Assembly (NCBI RefSeq): GCF_964355755.1
Contig: NC_092679.1
Location: 5,176,201-5,240,200, forward strand
Direction: 5' to 3'
Length of the DNA stretch: 64,000 bases
Source: Antedon mediterranea
Lineage: Eukaryota; Animalia; Echinodermata
The notes beneath the pieces were generated by a model. That model searched no databases. It saw only the letters and a list, made by a program, of their open reading frames with translations, and was not told where the DNA came from. Of the stretch, positions 1-12,608 are shown piece by piece. How positions within the stretch are numbered: position 1 is the first letter of the stretch; the number at the start of each line of letters is the position of its first letter. A program made the translations under genes and the position numbers.

Positions 1-746
1 TTACAAATAAGGTTAATATTTCTTTATCCTACATTAGGTTTCTCCCCAAACAGCAATAAGAAATAAATTTTATTTCCATATTTATAACTTTCCCTTGTTA
101 ATAGTTTAAAATAATACTCTATTGCATCCACTATTACCCTCAAATATTATGTGGTTAAGACAGTGGAACTGTAATCAATAATAAATATCTGCCAGAGTTA
201 TTCCTGTCTCAATCGGTTCGTGTGCACTTTTAAGAAGCTGCTACAACTTTTGAGATGAGTAAGGGTGTTTTTTTTTTTATAAATCATATTTAATGAGGGT
301 GATCCATCCAGCAATTGCTGATCATTAGGGACCCTCAGAGGGAGAGGTTCAGAAGACAAACATACACAAGATTCTCTACATAAACAAAGTCTTATTACAA
401 GTCTTTGGGAGTGGAGTTGTAATTGTATCCTTAGAAAAAATCCTGACATGTGACGGGACTTAAACCAAGGACTGTTGGAGTGGTAGCCAAGCATCATAAC
501 CTCCAAGCCACAATTCCACTCTTAAAAAATGCATATATGCCCAATAAGGGTACAACTTTTGAGATGAGTAGAAGTTACCCTGTTAGTAGTTCACACAGTA
601 ATGGAGAGAAAAGAAAATGCCAGATTTCATAACATTTCATTTCATATATGACATGACTCCTAGGAGAGGAACATGTAGTGTAACAAAAGTCGATATAAAG
701 TTTGCGTACACCACGTGTATTAGTTCTGAAAAGAATTGTTGAGTTT

Positions 747-786
747 CTCGACGTTTCGATCAATATGCTTTGATCATCCTCAGGAG
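747..786 (-). ncRNA. Minimal type-I hammerhead ribozyme motif in a probable Penelope-like pLTR fragment
   Basis: Minus strand reads CUC-CUGAGGA-U-GAUCAA-AGCAUA-UUGAUC-GAA-ACGU-C-GAG: CUGANGA core, 6-bp helix II, GAAA, palindromic ACGU helix III, UC cleavage site, CUC/GAG helix I. Confidence 0.75.
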
Positions 787-1529
787 TGAGAATGCAGAAA
801 GTCCAGGAAAAAAAAAAAAAAAATCTAAGTTCACAGCACCATCCATCTAATGGCGCTATAGAAGATTTACAGTAGTACCAAAAAATTAGAATAAAATACA
901 GTTTTAGCTAATGTTCAATTATTTATAAAATATTTTGGTTTTATTTGTATAATGGTTTTTGTTTAAATAATGAAACTATTACTTCTGCGCTACTGTACAG
1001 TACCTCCCACAAATACCCCTACCTTATATTTACTACCTGACCAAAATATTATTGGGTCATGTAATGAGTTTTTTTTATCCCATATCCTACAAAATCAACT
1101 GATATCAAACATTAACACATTATTATACTGATCTAAAAAATAAACGTACAGTAATAAATCACATTAAATGTAAAAATGTAAATAGTTAAACATTGGATTT
1201 CAGCTAGTAATACGTGTTTGAACCTCGGCGAGATTTTACCTTCTTTATCGTTGTTACTTAATCTTTAAGTAATGGTAGATGATTTTGCAATCGGTACACA
1301 CCTTAATGACGGTACTTAAGACAAAATGACTGATCCTAGGATTAGTAGGATTTATAATGGATTTAGTTGGGATTTACTTATAAAGTACAATGTGTGGTAT
1401 TCTGTAAGTGTGAAACTACTCTAAAGTTGTACTCTTTCAATCAACAGAAAACAAACTCTGTCTCTGCTGATGAAGATGCTATGCATTAAAACTAAAGAAA
1501 ATATAAAATTAGAGACTATTTTAAGTAAA

Positions 1530-1785
1530 GATGATGATAATTATGATCAAGATAAGTAAATGATGAAGAAAAACAACATCATGTTAAACATGCTAAGTAC
1601 TGCATGAATTAAAAGAAATGATATTATAAAGATGAAGATGAAATAAACATGTTAATTATAATAGTGACATTCCAAACGTGATGATTATGATCGAAAGTGA
1701 GGATGATAATAAAATGATGATGATGATGGTAATGCTGATTATAATGATAATGATGATGGATAATGATGACAGCGGTGATATGACA
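1530..1785. repeat. Degenerate (ATG/ATA)n microsatellite
   Basis: Imperfect atgatgataat runs; explains the Met-rich and His-rich pseudo-ORFs at 1624-1893. Confidence 0.8.
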
Positions 1786-1876
1786 ACAAACTTTATTCAG
1801 AATAGAATTAAGCAAGTTCTCCAATTGCAAATGAATATGGTAAACATTGGCAAACCATGCTTATCGAGATTTCATT

Positions 1877-2778
1877 GGGTCTGTTTCTGCTGAAAAAATC
1901 AAAATAATCGATTTTTTCCAATCACCGCAAACCACAAAAATAATCGCGTTGCAATTGAAAATTGCTACGACTTTAATCGGTTATTCAGGTAATCGGTTTT
2001 TAAAATCACGTCATCATTCCCCCACAGCGGAGTTCAAGTTATGAAAGGCCGATGAGAGTTGGTTTGTTTTAACATCGTATCGCTGCCTAAAACTCTCACA
2101 TGTAGGATTAAAAATTACTCTTACGTAAAGCTATATTATTTGTAAAATAAACATCTAGGCCTACTACCGTACCACATACAACAGAATAATGATGTTATAT
2201 TAATAAGAACACGTCGGCGAAAAAAGTTCGTTTCGCCGTTCGTTGGTTCTACCTTCGGCCTGCTAGGCCTATAGGCTATATATTTCTACCAAAACAAGTC
2301 AACAGACAACAGGCCTAAAAAATGACATGTAAAACATCGTTAGCCTGGACTGGTGGTATGTAACGGGTGTACTTGTAACACAGAATCCTGGAGTCTCTCG
2401 GTATAATTCTCCCCCACAAAATAATACAAATCAAATGTTTAACATTTGATTGTTATTCGGTATACATCGCGATCGTGGTTTTGCTGATCGTCGTCGATAT
2501 CGCGCAAAACAGCATGCTTTGTTACGTGAATAAGTTTGTCATACTCTAGAGGTCAAAGTGAGGTCAATAATCGCTATTTGTGTTGCAGCTCAAAACTGCT
2601 CCGCAATAATCGGTTAAAACAAGAAATAATCGATTAAAACACGCAATGGATTGAGTGTTTTTAATCGGTTATTTTTAATCGGTTATTTTATTTTGCGCCG
2701 TTTCTGCTGCCCAAAAATAATCGATTAAAAAAATAAACGGTTAATAATCGATTATTTCTGCTCAGCAGAAACAGGCCC
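1877..2778. mobile_element. About 900-bp non-autonomous TIR element (PIF/Harbinger-like MITE)
   Basis: Left end GGGTCTGTTTCTGCTGA, right end TCAGCAGAAACAGGCCC (17-bp TIR, 1 mismatch). Subterminal AATAATCGAT/AATCGGTT motifs are repeated at both ends and the interior is CpG-rich. TSD imperfect (att/ata). Confidence 0.75.
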
Positions 2779-4759
2779 ATAGACAAAGTCTAAAGCACAG
2801 TACTACAGTATACACAGTCCACTACTACTTAATTTAATCAGATTTGTAGACAAACTATTAATATTCATATAAAGAAAACTAACTTACACTCAACTATAAG
2901 TAAAAAAGCAAGGTCACCTTATTATAGACAACAAAAAAATGTATATATAGGTTTTGTTTGCATAGCCTAAATAAAAAGAATTCCTTAGGCTATTTAAGCC
3001 CAGCCACATTTAAGAGTTTTGTTAGGTGGAACAATCAAATGCTTAGCCATCAAACCATGTGTAAACATTACTTTCAATATTATTTAATGATCAGAAAATA
3101 ACTGTGTGTGGAGAATATTGTTATTTATTCCATACAGTTGACCATAAAAAATGAATCTATAATTGTGAAATCTAAATATACTGTAGCACTACAGTATAGA
3201 CTAAGTTAAAACATTGTAAGATTGTACTAAGAATTAAACCATGTTACTGTATGCAACCTTTCATAGTCAGTAACCCACATAAAAACTGACTAAATTTGCA
3301 AAAGATAGTTTGTGGGAAAGGCCAGACCAAAATGACCTTCTTAAAGGGTGCGTATCATCATAAAAAAAAAGCAAGTGCCCATTTACCCAATAAAGTATTT
3401 TCAAGATGTAGACACCCCTTGCCTGAAAGGGACGATGACTCTACTGTTGGTGTGGAGAAAAAAACAAATTAAAGGCACAAATTAGTAATACCTATCTACT
3501 ATTGGTTACAAGTTCTGGTGGGTCTTTATCACAGTACTTAAAGAATACTAAAAAAACAATGTGTGGTAATTTTTGTACTAATAATTCAAGTTTATTTTAA
3601 TACGGAAAATACATTACTGTATATGGCTCTGATTTTTAATATGCTGCAGATAAACTAAATAGGAAGACTATTGAGGAAACTGCACCAACATATGCACAAC
3701 ACATTTTTGTTTATGTTTTTTATACTTATGCTAGTTCGGTCAGTAAAAAAAAAATTTCTCAAACCGGAGTCCAGACAGGAAGTTGTAAAGGATAGGTTAG
3801 AATCCTATCTGATCTGGCCATTACGTGATCATTGTATCTATATTCTGTGTAACAATGATAATATCCTGATTCACAGAATCTTAACCAACATACCCCAACA
3901 GAGGCACAATACATTATTGAATTTACCTAAATTATGTAGATTTGTTGTTTATTTTATCTAAAAGGAATATTCACAAAGATAAAACCGTAACACAAATAAT
4001 ATTTTTCTTAAATTTAACCTAAAAATGTGTATACATTTTTTTAGGTTCAAAGGATAATCAAACACAAGATCTCACATTCCTATCAAATGTGAGCATTTCT
4101 CTTATTCCTATGAGACTCTTACTTCCCAAAACCTGATCTTCATCATAAAAGCATAAATTTAGAAACATCCCTTTAGAAAAGATATAGTACCGGTAGCCAT
4201 AAATTGACCCATTGTAGTATTGACCGCAACAAATAAACCATAAAGGCATTTAATCCTATTATTATCACCGACCAGTTCCAATTCATAACTGAATGGTCCG
4301 ACTATACTGTCTAGACAGTAACAAGTTTAGTGAGAAATCTGTGCACTTTATCTGTGTTGGTCACTATTGACGTAGGTGATTTCATCTATTAGTATTATAA
4401 CAGTATTTTCTTTCATCAAGTCAGTCACTTATTACAAATTCTTTCATGATGATATAATGTGTCTTTATCACCTTTTTAACATTTGTTGTATTTTTATATC
4501 GTACTGATACTTGCATGTTTGGCCTCTCACATTCACCGCCCACTACCATCAACATGTCAGACCTTTTCAAACAAATTTCACCCAGTCATATTTTATTTAT
4601 ATACTTTAGAATTCAATAGAATGAATTCTGAATCATCTATCAGGCTATTATCATCCTTCTTCATACAAATAGCATTCTTCTATTGCTACAATCATGGTTA
4701 CTGATACAGTAATAAAAACATCTTCTGTATTTTAAAAAGAGATTTTTTACAGTTTGCAA

Positions 4760-4875
4760 TAGTACCCAACCCAATGCAAGGCGGCAATGCAAGTACAGTA
4801 ATGTGCAAGATGTCTGTACTATTGCTTGCATTGCGCATACGTCATTACGCTGCGTCCAAGCGGGAACCAATCTTT
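4760..4875. mobile_element. Decayed relative of the GGTTCCCACTAG MITE family
   Basis: 3' end tacgtcattacgctgcgtccaagcgggaaccaa resembles the end of the 17323, 38071 and 55661 copies. Confidence 0.4.
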
Positions 4876-5355
4876 TTAAGTAAATGTCACTTACCTTTTG
4901 TGTCAACATCAAGAAAAGCATTTAAAGTTATCATTTGCTGAACTTAACTGGCCTAAAGTAAATTGTAGTTTGGCCACTAAATCGTTAGCGTATGGAATTC
5001 TTGGACATGAACGTTCCAAACATGAATGATACCTCTCTATCAACATCTTTTATTAACATGCAGTGTTTTGTCAACATTTCTATGAATTACAGCACTTGTA
5101 AAAGCCACTGTCTGTAACCTACTAACATTATGAATAGTTGGTATAATAAACACTTCTTAGGTTTCTCAACTTTGTGAAGGTTCTACTAACAGTTCCCGGT
5201 CAGAGAAACACAATGATCGCCCACCTAAATACTTTCTTGTTGTAATGAAATTGACGAAGTTAGTACAGTAGTCTGTGACTGCTTCTTCCAGTACATTAGT
5301 GTACTATGGTAACTCTACTGCACAGTATATCCAGGTTGATGGATATTACTATATT

Positions 5356-6146
5356 AGGGGGATGGCAGGGGGATAGGGAAAGGAGATGATAGGGAAGGAA
5401 GGGGGATAGGGATGGAAGGGGGATAGGGAAAGAAGATGATAGGGAAAGAAGACAGGGAAAGAAGATGATAGGGAAAGAAGATGATAGGGAAGGAAGAGGG
5501 TAGGGAAAGGAGATGGTAGGGAAAGAAGATGATAGGGAAAGAAGGGGGATAGGGAAAGAAGGGGGATAGGGAAAGAAGGGGGATAGGGATGGAAGGGAGA
5601 TAGGGATGGAAGATGATAGGGAAAGAAGATGATAGGGAAAGAAGATGATAGGGAAAGAAGATGATAGGGAAAGAGGAGGATAGGGAAGGAAGATGATAGG
5701 GAAGGAAGATGATAGGGAAAGAAGATGAAAGGGAAAGAAGATGAAAGGAAAAGAAGAGGATAGGAAAAGAAGAGGATAGGGAAAGAAGATGATAGGGAAA
5801 GGAGATGATAGGGAAAGGAGATGATAGGGAAAGAAGATGATAGGGAAAGAAGATGATAGGGAAAGAAGATGAAAGGGAAAGAAGATGAAAGGGAAAGAAG
5901 AGGATATGGAAAGAAGAGGATAGGGAAAGAAGACGATAGGGAAAGAAGATGATAGGGAAAGAAAAGGATAGGGAAAGAAGAGGATAGGGAAAGAAGATGA
6001 TAGGGAAAGAAGATGATAGGAAAAGAAGATGATAGGGAAAGAAGATGATAGGGAAAGAAGAGGATAGGAAAAGAAGATGATAGGGAAAAAAGATGATAGG
6101 GAAAGAATATGATAGGGAAAGAAGATGATAGGGAAAGAAGAGGATA
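5356..6146. repeat. Purine-rich minisatellite, 16-bp unit ATAGGGAAAGAAGATG (about 49 copies)
   Basis: Direct tandem repeats. The 16-aa periodicity of minus-strand ORFs 5296-6294 and 5349-6161 equals 3 units. Confidence 0.95.
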
Positions 6147-9100
6147 CATTCTGTGTAACAATGCTAATCATTCCTATGAAAACATATACAACTATATAAG
6201 TATGAAGCAAAAACAATAGGAAGAGGGGTAGGGGAAGAAGAACATGAAGATTTAAACATTCTTTCTCAGAAGTACATAACAAACACGGTTTCATTTAGGA
6301 CATATTGTGTCGTTAGTGTGTAAAACCACATGGAGGAAGTGACCAAACAGGCCCCAATATCACTGAATACAGTATTGCACAAATTAACATTATGCAACTA
6401 GTTCCCTATTAATTAGTTCCCTATTAATGTGATAACTTGAAATAAATTAAATAATGGTACTTCTTCTTATTGGCTTATTACTTTTTCACACCATAATTTT
6501 TTCAGATCAAATGTAGCATTAAAATATGTCTTGTTTATTTAAATACAAAACAAGCTTTACTTTTTACTAATGAATATGCATAATCTATGATTGATTTATG
6601 GTAATAAATTATGAATATGAATATAACTGTAATAGATTGATTAATTTACAATTAACATTTAGTATTAAAGAGTCAATGGTGATAAAAATAAGAGCAAAAC
6701 CAACTATTGATTAATTTAATAGGTTGAATGTATGAGCTCAAGTAAAGAGTGACATGTGAAAGCTAAGTGAATACTTAACATTAAGTTTCTTTGGGTCGGA
6801 GCTGGGTTGAAATATTTAGCAAGATGCCTTTAGGCTGTTAGTGAAAATATTTTGGGGTGGGTAATCCAAAAATAAACATTTTATATATATAAATATATAG
6901 GCTTCAACTGAAATGTAATGTAATTTCTATATATATATATACAGTAGAATATTTGTTTAGGTTTATTTTATCAGTACAGTAGTATCTAATTGCTAAGTTG
7001 TGTTTTGTGAGGAGCCTCTGTGGTAAATAATTGATTAAAAAAAATACTCTACTAATAAATAAACAATTTTTATTTTTATTTCAACATTTATTTTTATTCA
7101 ATACTTTCAATACAAATACCAATAAGATTAAAAATCATTTTAAAGACAATATCATATTTTGATGATTTAGTTACAATATATAAAGTTATCTATAGAAAAG
7201 AATAAAATGAAAATATAAAAACAAAATAGGTACTATTTAGTATCAATTAAGCAATACTTTTACATAAATATTTCTTTGTCCATTTTAACCAAGTAAATTA
7301 TTTATAAAAATGAATGTTGAATGGAGAGTCTGTACTAGGAATATACTTGACACTGTTGCAGGTTTAACAATGTTAAAAATGAAAGTGATAATCATTATTA
7401 TTGTACATTTTATGAAATATACAAACAGAGGTTTTCACAGAGTCCATTACTATTATAGCAGGCAGTGAATTTTACAACAAAGACGCGAATCGTAATTCTC
7501 CCGTTTTCTCCCCCAAGCCATTAATAGTCGTTGATGCCAAGAGGTCAGAGAGGTCATTTCTAGATTATCAAAGGTTTATACTCTTGTTTCCTGGCGAAAA
7601 AAATATCAAATGTCCTCAAAAATCTTATAAAAAATTCACAACAATTTGAGAGAATCATTTAAAAGTTCTGGTCAATAAAAAATTAGGTAAACTTAATATA
7701 TTACAAAGGGATGACGAGCTGTTGTGATTAACATTTTTACTTGGTCAGTCTCTGCGTAATTTGTTCCAAGGACTCGTCGTCTGGTCGGCCATTTTATTAT
7801 TACCTCGTTCTTTTGCTTCGTCTCTATGAATTTATTATATAACCTTGTGTTAGGGGGAAAATTGGGACAATAAAACCTAGATACAATTACCTATAATAAA
7901 TGAAGTCATCCAGAGGACACAATAAGAACCTCTCAATATAAATATTCTAAGGATTCCATATAAATCAGGAAGAACAATTTATCATTAAATTAACATCAAA
8001 ATATAGCCTACAAATACAATTTAGCTATTAAAAATTCATCAATTCCTTATTTTTTGTTTAGAATAATTGTAATTATCTTTTTTTAAATAGGCCTATATTG
8101 TAAACTTGCATTATTTGTACAGTATTTATTTCTTTCATTTATTCTTTGTATTTTCTATATTAATGTTCCCATTACCTAATAATTCATTCACTTTCCTTTC
8201 TCACAGGTTGTTCAGTTTAAGCTGCATACTTAAGGTGGATCAACAAACAAAAGATAATGGACAGACGGACAGACTGGATAAAAAGAAATGTTCACGTTTA
8301 TAAACATTGTATTTGTTGTGTTATGTGGCATCTCATCTTTATCAATGAACTTCTTGTTTTTATTAGAAAGGAACAGAAGAGTTTTCAATTTATTCACAAA
8401 AATAAGCTAAGATACTAAACAGGTAGAAATGTTTAAAAATTACTGTACAAAACAGTTGACTTTAATAAATTGTTTGATTGTTAAAAAATTTTATGTACTG
8501 TACTGTACAGTAAAAAGTTTTAAATCACATTTTTAATACTGTTTTGTTGTAGAACAAATATATTTTATTACCATTTTTTACAACACTATAATTAATAATA
8601 CATGAAAGTAAATCAAATTAAATATGAGTCAGCAATCATATAATAATATATTGTTAAATTTACTATTCATTTTTTTTTCAATTAAAGCGGATATAATATG
8701 CAAAATTATCATTTATAACCAGGACTCTTTAACCAATTGAAACTTAGAAACAATAATTAATTTAAATTGTCCAAGTGCTATTACATTCAATGCAACAGAT
8801 ACTTTTTTAATTCAATTAAATTTATTTTTAAAGTGAATAAAACTCATACATTTGACAATTAATATTAACAGTCCTTGTGCTTTATTAGTAGTTCCACAAG
8901 TTTATAACTAAATATAATTCATAATTATATAATTTTAAAAGGAAATACATACATACTGTATGAAAATAAGTAAAATGTTCAGCTTTAATTTTAAAATGCA
9001 AAACCTATTTGATAGACCATTGCTGTATACTAACTGATTTTAAGAGTTTTGTATTAAGTGAAATTTAACTTGATAATTTTAAGTGGGTCACAGTTTTTAT

Positions 9101-9156
9101 AGCAAGATGAAAATGTTTACCTTGACCCCATTAGCTAGTCCCAACTCCATTTTTAA

Positions 9157-9366
9157 CCTTTCGCACCCAGTAGCATGGGTTTATGGATCGTTGAAAGTCT
9201 CCTATTGGTGAAAGTTGCAATCATCAAAGACTAATCAAACGTCAGTTTATAAAGTACAAGTGACATTACTGCAGCAATGTTTTATATAACATTCTTTAAC
9301 ATGTTAAAGGACTTTTTCCCTCAATCACTCATACACAGGCCGGCACTAATTGAAAGGGGAGTAAGG
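9157..9366. mobile_element. Possible decayed TTAA-flanked (piggyBac-like) MITE
   Basis: TTAA|CCTTTCGCACCC ... GGGGAGTAAGG|TTAA; short, imperfect TIR. Confidence 0.35.
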
Positions 9367-12005
9367 TTAAAACTAGGCTAAGGGAAACCGTGGAACAGAA
9401 GATAACCGAAAAACTGTTTTCTTAGCCACCGTTTCCTGGACAAATTCCAGACCGTTTAAACAGAATACAGAGGGTGCTATGCTGGAAGAGTCAAGGGGCA
9501 AATATTATCAGAATTTAGACAAAATAAACCGTTTTAAGGATATTAATAATGACACAGTAATTGGCTATCAAATAAAACTAAAGAATGTATATTATAAATA
9601 TAAATTTGAAGTAGGAGCTGACTGGCAAACAAACTACTGTACCATTTTACAAGATAATCAAATATTTGATTTAACTATGATTAATCTTGATATATTGTCT
9701 TGTATATACTAGACGACGCATCTTTAGAGGACGTGTCCGTTTTGTTGCATGAATCATCACAAATTCCTCATGTTAATGCTTCTCTACCGAATACAGAGCT
9801 GATCATACAATAATATTTAGTTACAAGGACACAAAAAAATGTGAAATAAATCGAGTTTGCAAGCTCAACCTTGGCCTATTAACAAGTACGACACTACATG
9901 TCGTAGATAGGTAGTCATTTCAACTTGTTTATCATCATAAAAATTAACTTTAAAATGATCATAAACACTAAAGTGCATTTAAAAGAAAAAAAAAAGGCTG
10001 CAAGACGCTATGCAACGATCAATGCTACAGTACCTCACAACACAAAAGGCCTTCATCAGCTTGAAATAACACAAAAAATGCTGTATGATCGTGTTTTTGC
10101 TCAATTATTGTCCAAATCCAGCTGGTTCGAAAGACCTAATGTGTTGGTTCCGAGGCCTAACTCAAGGCTAAAAATTTTAAATATAATGAATGCACTTATT
10201 GTTATTACATTTATTAAAGTCAAGCTTTATTTCGCAAATTCATGCCTACAAAATATTTAACAATGAAAATAATATACCGTATTCAACAAAAATATTTTAC
10301 AGAGACTGTACTAGTATGATGGTAATAAAAATTAATCATACCAAAAGTTTATTTTGTAGCAGGCAGTAAACTGACAAAGGCCTACAAGAAATTTATATTT
10401 TTCTGTTAATTTTAAAAATTGTTTTTAACTTTCTAAGTTACTTTAATGTAAATAATCAGTAACTTTTTTAAACTGAATGCTTGTGATGTTGATCTAAAAT
10501 CTTTTCAAAGAATTTGGAAAAACTTGAAACTTTAAAAAACAAATAACTGAATTAAAATACTTTTTTTGTGAAAAGTATTATCTGAGGTAGTAAAAAGGCA
10601 TTAAATAGGCTTGTGACTTATATGATTGTATGATTTACTATGGGTTGTACTATGATGTACTTGAATTTGGAGGCCAAAACATCAAAGTGAATGGATTTAT
10701 GTTAACAGGATACAGCAATCAGCTACATCATTTTATGAGGAGATATTAAAATTACAAATTACATTATTATTTTTAATTTGTGCTTAAAAAACAGAATAAA
10801 AAAGAGTAATATCGATTAGGAATTCAATTATAGCAAATAAATTAATTTTTAAAAATGCAAATTTAGATTATTTATTTTAGAAATAAATATTTAACAAATA
10901 AACAAGCTTTGAGAACAAAAATTAAAATGTGAATCATTTTTTTTTTAGAAAATAAATTAAATGTTTTGTGAATTGTTCCTTTAAAAAATAAAAAAAAATT
11001 AACCTTTTATATTTATTTAAAATATGTATTTATCTAAACTCAATTACAGCTTTTCTACATTTATATATTGAATTATTTTCCGGTTTTAGTTTTGCAACAA
11101 TATTATTCATTTAAGAAATAACTGTATATTTTCTCTATAATATATTCCAGTTTATGTTCAGAACAGAATCACAATAGAGAATAATTAATTTATTTAAAAA
11201 ACTACAGTTGTCTATAAATGACATAATTTTCCACTTTTGCTTTGAAACCATTTGCAAAATATGAACATTATTTTTCTCAAGAAGTCTGGTCAGCAGATCC
11301 AACATTGTATGAATAAAATGAAGCTGTGTTAAATATGAACAGGCTTTAATTTAATATTCTAAAAAATCAACTTATAAAAAACTAATTCAAAATTAAATAT
11401 TAGCTATCTTTTCTAAACTTACAATTAATTTATTTTTCTAAGAAAAACAGATGAAAAAAAAATGTGCTTTCAACGGTAAATGGCAACCTTGACTACGATT
11501 GAATAAATTGTCACATACGTGTACATAATGTAAAGCAAGAGTATATATTATAATATGTATCCTAGTATTCCCAACATATGATTAAATTACTCTCAATTTT
11601 GATTGAATTCTTTCAAAGTTACATTTATGTAATCATTCAAGATTTGTGGTTTTTTTTTATTAATTGAAATTTTAGAATTAGTTTGAAGGAGCAAATTAAT
11701 TATTTTCAAGTTGATTATAATAAATAATTTAATTTTAAAGTTTTAATAATTTGTTTTTCTAAATGAGGAATACTTTTTTTTTTAAATAATTGTTAATAAT
11801 AAATTTGTATAATACTGTATACTGCAGTATAAGTTTTAATTAATAACTACCATTTAAAATGATGGATATACTGTATCTTAGGGCCAATGCCCACAAGTTA
11901 AGGTAAAGCCAGTAAGGTGTTCAAGTGCCTTCTGGTACAATAGGTAAAATAAATCGTGTTAAGATAACCTCTTGTCTGTACAATATACAGTAGTATAATA
12001 TTTAA

Positions 12006-12608
12006 ACAAACTTTGGTGTGAGTGGACTAACTTTGGGATGGGTGGACAAACTTTGGGATGGGTGGACAAACTTTGGGATGGATGGACACACTTTGGGATG
12101 GGTGGACAAACTTTAGGAAAGGTGGACAAACTTTGGGATGAGTGGACAAACTTTGGGGTGAGTGGACACACTTTGGGATGAGTGGACACTTTCGGGTCGG
12201 TGGAAACACCTTAAAAAAGGTAGACAAACTTTGGGATGGGTGGACAAACTTTGGGAAAAGTGGACAAACTTTAGGAAAGGTGGACAAACTTTGGGATGAG
12301 TGGACAAACTTTGGGATGAGTGGACAAACTTTGGGGTGAGTGCACACTTTGGGGTGAGTGGGCACACTTTGGGAAAAGGTGTAAAACTTTGGTGTAAGTG
12401 GAGTGGACAAACTTTGGGATAGGTGGACAAACTTTGGGGTGAGTGGACACTTTGAGGTGAGTGGGCACACTTTGGAAAAGGTGGACAAACTTTGGAGTGA
12501 GTGGACACTTTGTGAAAGAGGTAGACAAACTTTGGGATAAGTAGACACACTTTGGGGTGGGTGGACACCTTGGGGTGAGTAGGCATACTTTGGGAAAGGT
12601 GGACAAAC
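12006..12608. repeat. Minisatellite, about 20-bp unit GTGGACAAACTTTGGGATGA (about 30 copies, 18-20 bp variants)
   Basis: Tandem units visible directly; source of the HPKVCP-type pseudo-ORFs. Confidence 0.95.

Noticed and set aside
1624-1893. Met-rich and His-rich ORFs
   Set aside because: Products of the ATG/CAT microsatellite.
4889-4953. Minus-strand exon-like segment ending AAG|GTAAGT
   Set aside because: Stops in all frames from the putative acceptor; the short MLFLMLTQK reading is phase 0, incompatible with exon 1.
5296-6294. 332-aa and 270-aa minus-strand ORFs
   Set aside because: Stop-free translations of a 16-bp minisatellite; open in several frames, with no domain.
10050-10065. Other CTGATGA words (also about 23395, 43878, 46597, 51231) as hammerheads
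   Set aside because: No helix II followed by GAAA.
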